DNA from: a virus | Lineage: Duplodnaviria > Caudoviricetes | Strand: one strand, 5' to 3' | Length of the DNA stretch: 64,000 bases | IMG/VR virus record: IMGVR_UViG_3300011008_000026 | Span: 1 to 64,000 of that record | Part shown: one piece after another, positions 1 to 9,246 of the stretch | Layout: the number at the start of each line of letters is the position of its first letter | How positions within the stretch are numbered: position 1 is the stretch's first letter | Notes under the pieces: model-generated | Seen by the model: the letters and a program-made list of their open reading frames with translations, nothing else | Told to the model about the DNA's origin: nothing | Database searches by the model: none | Program-made: the position numbers and the translations under genes

Positions 1-453
1 CGGGCCGGTACACACAACGTAGCTGGGATCGTAGGCATGGCAAAGGCAATGGAAGTTGCGCTGTCCTGCCGTCAGGAGACAAACGACAGGATTCAGGAGA
101 TGGCGTCTTATCTCGTAGATCGGATTTGTTACTCTATCCCGGACGCTATTCTGAACAGCGATCCGGAACATCTGGAGCACATCGTGCATTTCACGTTTAA
201 GGACGTGGACGAAAAGACATTGATAGACGATCTGGACAAAGCGGGAGTTGTCTGTTCCAGCGGCAGCGCGTGCGAAGCGTCCTGCGGAAAACCGAGTCAT
301 GTTATTTCGTCTATACGAACAGACGTTTCAGGGGCAAATCTGCGCGTTTCTTTCGGAAGGCTTAATTCCCTTCCCGAAGTGAAGAAAGCAGCAAACGCTA
401 TCATTTTTGCTGTAACGAATAAACGTTTCGAGAAAACGAATAAAAAAGGGTAA
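1..453 (+). CDS. iscS: Cysteine desulfurase (IscS/NifS family), C-terminal part; gene starts before the window
   Basis: Frame is open from base 1 (RAGTHNVAGIVGM, matching the RxGTxN motif); catalytic-loop motif SSGSAC; PSHVI and LRVSFGR motifs. Confidence 0.85.
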   Translation, partial: RAGTHNVAGIVGMAKAMEVALSCRQETNDRIQEMASYLVDRICYSIPDAILNSDPEHLEHIVHFTFKDVDEKTLIDDLDKAGVVCSSGSACEASCGKPSHVISSIRTDVSGANLRVSFGRLNSLPEVKKAANAIIFAVTNKRFEKTNKKG

Positions 454-507
454 CTCTCAAACGAGAATTACCCTTCTCAGGGGGAAGTTTTATACTTCCC
501 CCTTTTT
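446..507. terminator. Pair of intrinsic terminators between convergent iscS and lysis genes
   Basis: Hairpin aagggtaa..ttaccctt (446-475) preceded by an A-run (minus-strand U-tract); hairpin gggggaagt..acttccccc (480-502) followed by ttttt. Confidence 0.7.
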
Positions 508-1204
508 ATTCGATTTTACAGAATTCACCGCTGATCCACGCAACCTGATCCTTGTAGACGATTGCGTGCCAGTTGTTATCTGACGTGGCAACCCACGGAA
601 AAGAAGATCCCTTGGAAGTCTGTCCGGCTTTGAAGTAGTTCTTTCCGTTGCCTGTCCGGATGTTGACCTTGTCGCAGGTCGTGACAACCTGTTTGACTTC
701 CGGTTTTCCGTTGGCGTAGGCATTGAAGAACTTCTGCCCGAACTCAGCCCGGGTTTGTTTGAAAGTCTCAGACTGATTCTTCGGTTTCTCGTACCGCTCG
801 ACGACGATATCGGAAGCCTGACGAACGCTGGCGGCAGACTTCAAAGTATTGAGAACCGTCTTGTAGGAAAGAAGCTCCTGCCACAGATAGTCCAGCTGAA
901 GTTCAAGATTCCCGATAGACTTGTTCTGTTCCTTGGAGAGCTTATACAGCGCTTCTTTCCGGCTCCAGTATGACCATTGAGCGAGTCCGTACCCGGCCGA
1001 GTCGTTGACAAAATTCTGATAAGAACCGTCGTCGACCTTTTGAGTATACTCTTCGCTGGTCATATTCAGCTTTCTGGCATAGGAGCTTTGCAAAGTAACC
1101 GGATTGAGATGGCTTTCCACATAAAGGTTACCCATCAGTCCGGCAACACCGTAAGCATTGCCGATCTTTTTCATGAGATAGTCCCAGATCGTTTTGTCGC
1201 TCAT
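506..1204 (-). CDS. Endolysin or cell-wall hydrolase: Phage_lysozyme2-like domain plus C-terminal SH3b
   Basis: GVAGLMGNLYVES, GYGLAQWSYWSRK, QLDYLWQEL and YEKP motifs; C-terminal VNIRTG...W...AWIS; start moved to ATG 1204. Confidence 0.85.
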   Translation of the reverse strand: MSDKTIWDYLMKKIGNAYGVAGLMGNLYVESHLNPVTLQSSYARKLNMTSEEYTQKVDDGSYQNFVNDSAGYGLAQWSYWSRKEALYKLSKEQNKSIGNLELQLDYLWQELLSYKTVLNTLKSAASVRQASDIVVERYEKPKNQSETFKQTRAEFGQKFFNAYANGKPEVKQVVTTCDKVNIRTGNGKNYFKAGQTSKGSSFPWVATSDNNWHAIVYKDQVAWISGEFCKIE

Positions 1205-1229
1205 CGAGACCCAACCCCCTGTATGAGGA

Positions 1230-1562
1230 TTACTCGATGTCGAGATCATGTTTGAGGGCTAAAACGGCCGCTTCGACCGCAGCGTCGATGGCAGCGTCGT
1301 CCACGTTGTACCCCTGAGACTTCAGCAGACCCAGCACATATGACTTCTTCTTCTGTCCTTCTTCGGAGTTGTAGATCTGCTCGGCGGCCCGTACAGCCGT
1401 GGAAATAGCGAGCTTCAGCAGTTCCTGCTGATTGTAGTTCAGGTTGTCGATATTCAGATTGATTTTGGACTTCAGCCACGGGATAACAAACCCGGTCAGG
1501 ACTGCGCTGATCAGCGCGATAATCGCCAATGCAATCTGAGTTAAATCAAAAGTCGTATTCAT
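1230..1562 (-). CDS. Holin (LL-H-like family)
   Basis: N-terminal transmembrane helix, IPWLKSK, AVRAAEQ, G.KK.YV and IDAAVEAAV motifs; lies next to a lysin. Confidence 0.8.
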   Translation of the reverse strand: MNTTFDLTQIALAIIALISAVLTGFVIPWLKSKINLNIDNLNYNQQELLKLAISTAVRAAEQIYNSEEGQKKKSYVLGLLKSQGYNVDDAAIDAAVEAAVLALKHDLDIE

Positions 1563-1574
1563 ATTGTTCACTCC

Positions 1575-1880
1575 TTATCCGTTTGATTTTTCTTCTTGCT
1601 CTTTTTCGTTTTCGTCTTCTTCGTCGTCTTTGTTGTCTGATTTCATCTTAAAATATCCTAATGCAATCTTCTCGCTTACACTGTTTCCTGTATACGCGAG
1701 CACATTTACCATCGCGATATCGTCCACTCCACGGACAATCGCGGCCATAGAAGTTCCAGAGTCCGGGGAGACAATCACGGCAACAACGGATGCCAGCCGA
1801 ATAATTCCCCAGAATATCATAACAAAAGTAATAAGCTTTTTACTGAATTGAAGGAACTGCTTTTCTTTTGTTCTGGCCAT
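1575..1880 (-). CDS. Small membrane protein of the lysis cassette (holin/antiholin-like)
   Basis: QFSKKL followed by hydrophobic segments, acidic C-terminus; gene context. Confidence 0.55.
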   Translation of the reverse strand: MARTKEKQFLQFSKKLITFVMIFWGIIRLASVVAVIVSPDSGTSMAAIVRGVDDIAMVNVLAYTGNSVSEKIALGYFKMKSDNKDDEEDENEKEQEEKSNG

Positions 1881-1893
1881 CCGAATCACCGCC

Positions 1894-2541
1894 TCAGTCT
1901 TCTTCTTTCAGGAAGCTGTCTTCATCCTGGCACTTATGATAAACCTTCATAATATAATGGAAGTCTTCGGTGTATACGTCATTCTTCATACCATATTTGG
2001 AAACAAGCTCTTCATACTCTTCGTTTTCTTTGACTATATTGTCAAAGTCTTTCTTTGTGTGCTTTCTTTTGTTGTAGCACGAGTTCGCAAAATCTAATAC
2101 ATGAGCTTTAATCTGCCGTATGGTCTGCATATCGTTTGACTTTTCCATTTCGTCTAGTCGCGCTTTCAGCATTATGCAATTCGCGAAAGTTCCTTCTTTC
2201 ATATCAGTTATACTGGAGTTTGTTGCTTTTTCGAATCCGTCTAAATCAGACTGAAGAGCTATGATTTTATTATTGTAATCGCTCTTTAACTCTTCAATCT
2301 TGGCGGCGCGATCTGTTTTGACTTCTGCGAATTTAAGTTCAGTGTCAGCTTTCAGATCTGCCACATCCTTCCTGACGTCTTTTGTTAAAGCTCTTCCAAA
2401 CCAGTTTATAACCCACCCAAGAGGATCAATGTCTCTCTTTGTTACTTTAAATATACCCGATAAAACAAATAAAATAATAATAACAGACCAGCCAACGTTT
2501 CCAACAATCCATTGGCCGACTGCTTTAGATACTTCACCCAT
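1894..2541 (-). CDS. Membrane-anchored coiled-coil protein of the lysis cassette
   Basis: N-terminal TM helix, IDPLGW..WFGR; C-terminal IKAHVLDFAN...HTKKDF...YE..V motif common in Bacillota phage lysis regions. Confidence 0.6.
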   Translation of the reverse strand: MGEVSKAVGQWIVGNVGWSVIIILFVLSGIFKVTKRDIDPLGWVINWFGRALTKDVRKDVADLKADTELKFAEVKTDRAAKIEELKSDYNNKIIALQSDLDGFEKATNSSITDMKEGTFANCIMLKARLDEMEKSNDMQTIRQIKAHVLDFANSCYNKRKHTKKDFDNIVKENEEYEELVSKYGMKNDVYTEDFHYIMKVYHKCQDEDSFLKEED

Positions 2542-2554
2542 AAAAGTTCACTCC

Positions 2555-2833
2555 TTACTTACAAAGGGCGAGCTTCAACGCGTGATATAATTCGATTGCG
2601 GATTTTCTTGGTAGATTAACTGCAACCATGCCTGCGTCGAAGTTCTCGCTTCTAAGATAATTGGTACGAATATAACCGATGTAATCATGATATTTTACCT
2701 TCCACCATAACTCATTTATCTTTTCAACAACTTCGACAAGGTCTTTTTCATAGACGGTCGCAAGTTTTACAAAACTATCTGTTATAGCGAACATTAATGG
2801 TGTTTCAGGAACAGCAACAATCCTCGCATCCAT
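2555..2833 (-). CDS. SH3b-like cell-wall-binding protein
   Basis: VEVVEK...WWKVKY...GYIRTNYL pattern. Confidence 0.6.
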   Translation of the reverse strand: MDARIVAVPETPLMFAITDSFVKLATVYEKDLVEVVEKINELWWKVKYHDYIGYIRTNYLRSENFDAGMVAVNLPRKSAIELYHALKLALCK

Positions 2834-2834
2834 T

Positions 2835-3683
2835 TTAACCCCGAAGTCCTAACATATCGCCAATAATATCATATGCATTTTCAAGATTCTTTTTATCTAC
2901 AAACAACTGTCCTAAAGCTTTTTCCAGTTTAACATAAACCTGATTTAATTCATTCTTGGAAACAGTGATTGTTTCTTCTCCTGGCAAAGTCGATGCATTT
3001 GCAGCCTCGCTTGCTTGAAGGAATTTAGTCATCATATATCCTTCCCGGCCGCGAGCCTTGATCTTGCTCCAATCCTCATCGGAATTAAGAACTTCAACTT
3101 CTGTTCCAATTGGGATATCATAATATGTCGAACAAGATGTCGAAGGTTTTGCCCGCATCTTCACAGAAGAACCGGTATCAGCAAACACAACAGCAGTTGC
3201 ATAGGTTTCATTTGTCTCTGTCTTCTCAGTAACTTCACTCATATTATCACCCCCATAGTCAACATCTTTCAGCTTTCCCCAATAAGACCAACTATTGATT
3301 CTTGAATCTATTGTGACACGTTTTGCTTCGCTCGAAGCGTGAATGATTTTTAACGGGTTTATGCTTGCAACAAAACCTATATGTGATAAGTTTCCAGGCT
3401 GTTTCCCATACCACTTATTACCAACATCATTTCCTGTCCATTTTTTCAGCTTGAATACTGCCATTCCAGGTTGTAACTGAGAAACCTTTGTTAACACCTC
3501 TGTTTGGTTACAGTGATTGTGAAATATAGTATTGCTTCCGTGATAAATAGTCCGTCCCTGATCTTTGTACATTTTCACAAATAATCCAGAACAGTCAATG
3601 CCATGTGCATCATTTGAACCAGGACTGTCGTAAGGCCAGCCTATTGCTTCTTCTGCGGATGATATCATCTTTTGTACATCCAA
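2835..3683 (-). CDS. NlpC/P60 endopeptidase with SH3b domain (endolysin)
   Basis: GWPY..G, GIDCSGL (catalytic Cys), HIG, IIHASS; SH3b VKMRAKPS..W..GYMM. Confidence 0.85.
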   Translation of the reverse strand: MDVQKMISSAEEAIGWPYDSPGSNDAHGIDCSGLFVKMYKDQGRTIYHGSNTIFHNHCNQTEVLTKVSQLQPGMAVFKLKKWTGNDVGNKWYGKQPGNLSHIGFVASINPLKIIHASSEAKRVTIDSRINSWSYWGKLKDVDYGGDNMSEVTEKTETNETYATAVVFADTGSSVKMRAKPSTSCSTYYDIPIGTEVEVLNSDEDWSKIKARGREGYMMTKFLQASEAANASTLPGEETITVSKNELNQVYVKLEKALGQLFVDKKNLENAYDIIGDMLGLRG

Positions 3684-3762
3684 TTATATCCCTCCTTTCT
3701 TTAATGAAAAAATACTTCCCCTCTGTCAAACAGGGAAAGATTAAGTATATAAACTATAATAA

Positions 3763-4440
3763 TTAGTCAACCAGCACATTCTCAAAACGTATGCTTCCAT
3801 AATTTGTCGTAGATGCAAGACGAGAAAAAGAATGTGTATAGCCGTTTCTGATTGTCATAACAGCCCTGTCAACAAGAAATATGGTATTGTCGTCTGTGCT
3901 TGAGAGCCTGCATTTATTCATATTCAGGATCACATCATCCGTAACGATTATTGTTTCAGTTACATTTAAATCGCAGCCGAGGTCCACTTCACCGCCTTGA
4001 GAAATAAGAATTCTCAAAGATTCAACAGTTGTTGCAGATCTCGTGATCATGTCAATATCCATTTGCGACAGGCTGTCGAATTGAATGTTTTCCAGTTCTT
4101 CTTTTGTTGCTCCGTCTGTAATTCCATAACCTTCAAGAGTTGTGGGCTTATTCAGAACGTTTTCGAATGTTACGGCGCCGGCTGGAGTCCCAAAAGTACT
4201 TACAACTCCATCTTCGTTGATGAGCAGTCCGGATCCAATTTTTATACCGCCAAGCGTTTCAGAAGAAGCATTTGGAAGAGAATAGTTTTCTAAAGATTGT
4301 AGCTTTTCTTTTTCTTCTGCTGTAAAATTACTCTCAGACAGACCTTTGTTTCCATCCTTTTTAATATATATTTCTTCAGCCTTTTTCCAAAGATGTTTTA
4401 CGCCTTCGGCATCTATGTATTTGTTTTCGTAATCAGCCAT
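3763..4440 (-). CDS. Tail fibre/structural protein
   Basis: KYIDAEGVKHLW, GNKGLSESNFT.EEKEKL, LGGIKIG and NKPTTLEGYGITD fibre motifs. Confidence 0.6.
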   Translation of the reverse strand: MADYENKYIDAEGVKHLWKKAEEIYIKKDGNKGLSESNFTAEEKEKLQSLENYSLPNASSETLGGIKIGSGLLINEDGVVSTFGTPAGAVTFENVLNKPTTLEGYGITDGATKEELENIQFDSLSQMDIDMITRSATTVESLRILISQGGEVDLGCDLNVTETIIVTDDVILNMNKCRLSSTDDNTIFLVDRAVMTIRNGYTHSFSRLASTTNYGSIRFENVLVD

Positions 4441-4469
4441 TTTGTCAACCCCTTTCTTTAAACACGCCA

Positions 4470-5180
4470 TCAGCCATCATTATTGTTTGAATCATTGTCG
4501 GATGACGCATTTGAATTCTGGGGAGTGTTTTGGTCATCGTTCGAAACAGATGATTCCGACTCAAGCTCTTCAAGGATTGTATCAAGTTCTTCCGGAGTTA
4601 ACGCACTGGAGGCATAACTCCCGGCTGGCGAGATACCAAGATCTTCAAGTGAAACATTTCCTTTTATTGGAACGTTGTTAATCGTCGGAATATTTGACAA
4701 ATGATTATAATCACCATCAGAACCACTAATTGTCGCAGGTGTTTCGAGTTCGAGAATATGATAATCAGGAATAGAAACAATCAAGGTCGGCTGAGCAGAC
4801 TCCTGTGGGAGAGTAAAGTCTGTCTCTTCTTCTTCATCATCTTCGTTTTCATAATAGGTGATTTCTTTCTTTAGAACAAAATCTCCAACAAATGATTCTT
4901 TAATTAGATTTTTATAGGAAATCTGAATGTCAAATTCATAATCTCCTACAGAAAGTTTATTTGTATCATCCGGGTCTATCTTTAATTGATAGTCTCCTGC
5001 ATTGAGTTTATAGATCTCTCCACGTTTTAATGATTTCTGAAAAAGATACATTTTATCACTGGATTTTCTTTTAACTGTAAAATATATATTCGTAAAATCA
5101 ATGTCTGTAGTGGTGCCACTTGATGTAATAATCACAAAGCGTATCCACTTAATGTCGCCTCTTGGCATCGAGATTCGCAT
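4470..5180 (-). CDS. BppU-like baseplate/adaptor protein
   Basis: RGD start, YFTVK, IDPDDT..L..GDY.FDIQ; DY..L.N.PTIN motif; acidic tail. Confidence 0.6.
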   Translation of the reverse strand: MRISMPRGDIKWIRFVIITSSGTTTDIDFTNIYFTVKRKSSDKMYLFQKSLKRGEIYKLNAGDYQLKIDPDDTNKLSVGDYEFDIQISYKNLIKESFVGDFVLKKEITYYENEDDEEEETDFTLPQESAQPTLIVSIPDYHILELETPATISGSDGDYNHLSNIPTINNVPIKGNVSLEDLGISPAGSYASSALTPEELDTILEELESESSVSNDDQNTPQNSNASSDNDSNNNDG

Positions 5181-5202
5181 TTAGAATTCAACCCCCTTTC
5201 TG

Positions 5203-5616
5203 TTATTTTCGGGATACAGTTGTTCCGATGGAAACAGAGTTGTAGAACTCCTCTTTTACATACCAGTCGTCCTGAATGCCGTTGTTTTCGACAGTAATCT
5301 TCCATCTTTCACGCTTGGTGATTGTCTTTGTGACGGATGTGATCCGGCCGCCTGAAAGGATTTGACTCTTCACGATCTTTGTCTCAGCCGGAAGATGCTC
5401 CATTGCCACGATCACGCCGCTGTTCAGCTTTGTGTCCTCAACGGACAGCCAGGCAAATATGCATCCGGCCAGAAGAATAATCCCAAGAATGATGAGCAGC
5501 TGTGCGAAATAGAAATGCTTTGGAGGTTTCTTCGGGGTTTCAGGATATTCCGGCTCGTTTCCGGAAACAGAATATTTTTCGTTTGAAAAGAGATCTGCGG
5601 GGTTTTTTGCCTTCAT
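5203..5616 (-). CDS. Single-TM hypothetical protein
   Basis: Hydrophobic segment LLIILGIILLAGCIFAWL; C-terminal V.EE.YN...G. Confidence 0.55.
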   Translation of the reverse strand: MKAKNPADLFSNEKYSVSGNEPEYPETPKKPPKHFYFAQLLIILGIILLAGCIFAWLSVEDTKLNSGVIVAMEHLPAETKIVKSQILSGGRITSVTKTITKRERWKITVENNGIQDDWYVKEEFYNSVSIGTTVSRK

Positions 5617-5619
5617 AGC

Positions 5620-6249
5620 TTAGCCCCCTTCTTCGAATACTTTTTTCTCAACAATTTTCTTGACAAATCCATACGCTGCAGCCCCTTCAGGGAAGATCTT
5701 CCTCCCTTCGGCCATCCAGACTTTGAGGCGCTTTTTCGCTTCAAAATACTCACGTAATGTGAGGTTTCTCCGAAGCACTTTGCAGTAGATAGAATTCAGA
5801 ATCTCGTTTGTGGCAATCGCCATCTTGGAGCTCCGGGAGACGGAAACAGCCTCACCCTTTTCGTACTTGACGGACTTTGCCCCATGGATATAGATATAGC
5901 TGTCAGGCGTTATATAAATGTCAGCCTTTAACCCCAGAAAGATGGTAGCGGAGCTGCAGCATACGCCGTCGATCAGAATCCGCATCCTGGCTTTCCGGGA
6001 GAGCTTCTTCAGCGCGTCGTATACTCCGAAGGCGCTTTTGCCGTTGCCGCCCGTGCTGTTGATGTAAATGTCTATCTTGGAAAAAGGTTTGAACTGTTCG
6101 ATTTCTTCCTCAAATTTGTATTCGTACAGATATGTTTTACGGAACATCTTGCTTAAAGGCGTCTCTCCCGTGGTGATATAAACTTTGACTTTATCGTTTT
6201 CTTTCTCAAATCTCCACTTTGTCTCGTTAATCATCGTCATCCTGTTCAC
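5620..6249 (-). CDS. ClpP/crotonase-like serine protease
   Basis: IYINSTGG, IDGVCCSSAT (catalytic Ser position), YIYIHG (His), A..YGFV. Confidence 0.7.
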   Translation of the reverse strand: MNRMTMINETKWRFEKENDKVKVYITTGETPLSKMFRKTYLYEYKFEEEIEQFKPFSKIDIYINSTGGNGKSAFGVYDALKKLSRKARMRILIDGVCCSSATIFLGLKADIYITPDSYIYIHGAKSVKYEKGEAVSVSRSSKMAIATNEILNSIYCKVLRRNLTLREYFEAKKRLKVWMAEGRKIFPEGAAAYGFVKKIVEKKVFEEGG

Positions 6250-6253
6250 CTTC

Positions 6254-6445
6254 TTAAATAGAGCATGTGTCTTTACATGTCATAGATTTCACATCCTCAA
6301 TGCTTTCCAGTACCCTGTAGAAATCTCCGCCTCGCGCGATAACTTTCGTGCAGATACCGTCCTCTTCCAGCTTCAAAATATCGTCCGGCCGAAGCATGAT
6401 GATGTTCCCATATAAACCATGAAGTGTAATCAAATTGTTATTCAT
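6254..6445 (-). CDS. FlbD/SwrD-like small protein
   Basis: LITLHGLYG..I.L.PD.I..LE....T.V....G..Y.VLES.EDV resembles the FlbD consensus as I recall it. Confidence 0.5.
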   Translation of the reverse strand: MNNNLITLHGLYGNIIMLRPDDILKLEEDGICTKVIARGGDFYRVLESIEDVKSMTCKDTCSI

Positions 6446-6641
6446 TGTTTGTATCCTGCCCTTCTGAAGAATCGACAAACTCCGGATCAATCGTCCGGAG
6501 TTCTTTTAAATAGACGCCTTTGAAAACTCTTTTTCCGATTGCCACGCTGTTAGGGATTTCGGCAATCTGATTGTAAAAGGCGGAGCATCCGTAAAACGCT
6601 TCGTCTTCGATGGTCTTTAACCCCTTAGGGAATGAGATCAT
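6438..6641 (-). CDS. Short BspA-type leucine-rich repeat (LRR_5) protein, possibly a remnant
   Basis: FPKGLKTIEDEAFYGC...IPNSVAIGKRVF; only about 2 repeats; ATGA overlap with the upstream gene. Confidence 0.55.
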   Translation of the reverse strand: MISFPKGLKTIEDEAFYGCSAFYNQIAEIPNSVAIGKRVFKGVYLKELRTIDPEFVDSSEGQDTNNE

Positions 6642-6949
6642 TCAGCTCCACCCTCTTCCGGAGTTTCCTCCTCCTGCTCTTCCTCTTCCTCCTGCTCCGT
6701 CTCCGTCGCCGTGGGGGCCGTCACGTCGTGCTTGTAACAGGAATGAAGGATGGGGAAGCTCTCGTCACTTAAGATGATAGCGGAGTGCTTTTTGGTTTCT
6801 GAAATGGCCGCCGTAGCCAGAATGCTGTGATAAGTGCTCTCGGCTTTCAGTCTGGCTTTGTCCGCATCCTCATCCCATGCGTAATGAACCAGATGCGCGT
6901 ATTCCCCGTTCGCCAGCTGCTGAATCTCCACAATGTAGTACTGCGTCAT
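6638..6949 (-). CDS. Conserved hypothetical phage protein
   Basis: YYIVEIQ...AES.YH.ILA.AA.S...HS pattern; acidic tail. Confidence 0.6.
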   Translation of the reverse strand: MTQYYIVEIQQLANGEYAHLVHYAWDEDADKARLKAESTYHSILATAAISETKKHSAIILSDESFPILHSCYKHDVTAPTATETEQEEEEEQEEETPEEGGAE

Positions 6950-6997
6950 ATTCGTATCCGCCTTTCGTTGTTACTTTTGTTACTTTTGTTACCGCCG

Positions 6998-8479
6998 TTA
7001 CGACCCAAGCTGTGCGATGATGGCGTTCAGCTCCGCCTCGATGGTGGTCGTAGCGCAGTTGGTCCCCGGCGTGACCGTCTCACCTGTTACGATAGCCGCC
7101 GTCGCCTTGTAAAGCACCCCGTTCAGAAAGAAGATGCTTCCCACGGCATGGTTGGCAGTCGCGGTCGTGCTCTCCGTCTCACAGATCGCCGCCTGGACTG
7201 CAGCCTGTGCTGTGCCGATGGCCGTCTCCAGCGCATCCGCTTCCGTTTCCAGGGCGGTCGTTCTGCTCTTGACAGACTGCATCTCGTTATCCAGATCGTC
7301 ATAGGTTTCGCAGATCCAGAGTCTGCCCTGTACCAGACGGAAGCCCGCCAGCTGAACCACGGCCGTGTACTTCCTCCCGATGCCAAAAGCGACCTTCTTG
7401 TAATAATTGTATGACCGGACGGTCTTTGTGTTGTCACTGCTGTCCGTGGCCTCCGTGTACCAGTTTCCGGTCGGGTTGTAGGTAAATGTCCATGAGTACC
7501 TCGTCCAGTCCGACCCGGTAACTTCAATCCAGTCGGAGATGCCGCTTCTGTGGTTCGTCGAGTCGTTGGTCGGTGCATTGACATAACTGCCGCCATAGCC
7601 AAACCTTGCATACGCGCCGTCCCCGGAAATGACCCGTGCCCAGAACATGACCGTGTACGTCTGCCCCGGAGTCATCTCGCTGACCTGTCCGTAATCCTTC
7701 ACGATCTGCCCGGAGCCATACTTCGTATAGAAATATGGCGCGCCTGAAAGCAACCATTCCGTATTGGCATATGCCGTATTCGCTGTGATGCTAAACTGTA
7801 AAGCATGGTCATAGGTCACGCCGTCCAGCTCTGTGATGATGTTGTTTCCTGTCAGGGTAACCACAGAACATGCTACGCCATCTGTAGTATCATCACCAGG
7901 ATAATTGCCCTGCTGAATGCTCTTCAGGTACGGATAGCTTGTGCCGGAAATACGTGTCGCACTGCCATACGGCACGGTCGCTGTTGCGGAAGTACACAGC
8001 CACAGTTTGATGGTAACCGCCGCAGAGTGTTCCGATCTGGCCGCAATGGTAACCGTGGCTGACCCGGCGGCAAAAGTTGCGGTAACAAGCGTTGTCGGAA
8101 CGTTCGTATAATCTGAGCTTGTCTTCTGGAAAATCGCGTAACTGCTTGTAATCGCCTCATCCGTAATCGTGTATGTCAGCGTCTCAGCCGCAGCTGTCGC
8201 GTCCTCAATCGGGATCGTGTATGTGTTTGCAACTACCGTGCTTGTCGGCATGGCTCTCGATGTCCAAAATGTTTTCCCTGTGTTTATCAGGTTAGGCTTG
8301 TTCAGGACGCGAAGCCCCGCCTGTTCCAGAGCGTCTTCCATCTGGGAGAAACTTTCTTTCTGCTCCTCCCATTCCTGCTGGACGTCGTACATATCATCTT
8401 CCAGATCGCTGATATTGTAAGCTAAAACTGCAGCAATACCGTCTCGTGTCAGGTTGCTTTTTAATAATCCTTGTGCCAT
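6998..8479 (-). CDS. Tail fibre/adhesin with carbohydrate-binding (CBM4/9-like) domain and coiled coil
   Basis: PGQTYTVMFWAR...DWTRYSWTF; C-terminal coiled coil then G..F..NGVLYKAT.AI. Confidence 0.6.
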   Translation of the reverse strand: MAQGLLKSNLTRDGIAAVLAYNISDLEDDMYDVQQEWEEQKESFSQMEDALEQAGLRVLNKPNLINTGKTFWTSRAMPTSTVVANTYTIPIEDATAAAETLTYTITDEAITSSYAIFQKTSSDYTNVPTTLVTATFAAGSATVTIAARSEHSAAVTIKLWLCTSATATVPYGSATRISGTSYPYLKSIQQGNYPGDDTTDGVACSVVTLTGNNIITELDGVTYDHALQFSITANTAYANTEWLLSGAPYFYTKYGSGQIVKDYGQVSEMTPGQTYTVMFWARVISGDGAYARFGYGGSYVNAPTNDSTNHRSGISDWIEVTGSDWTRYSWTFTYNPTGNWYTEATDSSDNTKTVRSYNYYKKVAFGIGRKYTAVVQLAGFRLVQGRLWICETYDDLDNEMQSVKSRTTALETEADALETAIGTAQAAVQAAICETESTTATANHAVGSIFFLNGVLYKATAAIVTGETVTPGTNCATTTIEAELNAIIAQLGS

Positions 8480-8490
8480 TTTTACCTCCA

Positions 8491-9228
8491 TTAACTCAGC
8501 GTCGCCGCGACAAATGTAACGGTGCCGCTTTCTGCCTTATTGCTGCTGTCCAGCGTTGGAGCGATTTTACATTTGTAAACCGTTCCGTCTGTTAACGAGC
8601 GAGGCACTTGCTGGAACCACATCGTGTAGGTCGGATAGCTTGTCGTGGCGCCAATCGCGTATACCTGTGTTTCCGTGCTTCCGGAAACGGAATACAGATA
8701 CCAGGTATACTGAACCGTCGGAATCAGATTCTTTGCTTCCGCAACCAGATAGTTGCCGTTCGTGCTGGAGCTGTCCTGTTGTCTCAGCGTAATCGTAACA
8801 GAATCCTGTTCCAACCCGTAGCATTTGTGCAGCTTAATCTTCTTGTTTTCAAGCGTTGTCCCGCTGGGCAGGCTTCCGTACAGGATCAGCTTTCCGTCTG
8901 TTGTAACCCAGCCGAGATCTACGTTGTCGTCGAGAATCTCGTCCAAAACGATAAACTCTGGAGTTATCCTGGAGTCTGTAATCGTTTTCGGCAGACTGGT
9001 AATCTCGCCTGTTTCAACAATAAAGCACTCCTGTCCGAATCTGTTGCTGAAATAACTGGCAACAGCTGCGGACGTCGGAAGATTGACGCTCGTCGCGGAA
9101 GCGATGCTCGTGTCTACGTTCTTGCTTGCTGCCGTTCCAAGATTTGATAACTGCGTTCTGGCCTGCTCGTCTTTTAAATTGTACGTTGTACTGTCGCCAG
9201 GTAATTTTACTTTGCTAAGATCGGCCAT
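8491..9228 (-). CDS. Tail fibre/structural protein
   Basis: N-terminal MADLSKVKLPG..YNLKD.AR motif shared with neighbours; Ig-like C-terminus. Confidence 0.55.
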   Translation of the reverse strand: MADLSKVKLPGDSTTYNLKDEQARTQLSNLGTAASKNVDTSIASATSVNLPTSAAVASYFSNRFGQECFIVETGEITSLPKTITDSRITPEFIVLDEILDDNVDLGWVTTDGKLILYGSLPSGTTLENKKIKLHKCYGLEQDSVTITLRQQDSSSTNGNYLVAEAKNLIPTVQYTWYLYSVSGSTETQVYAIGATTSYPTYTMWFQQVPRSLTDGTVYKCKIAPTLDSSNKAESGTVTFVAATLS

Positions 9229-9246
9229 TGTATAGCCTCCTTTCTA

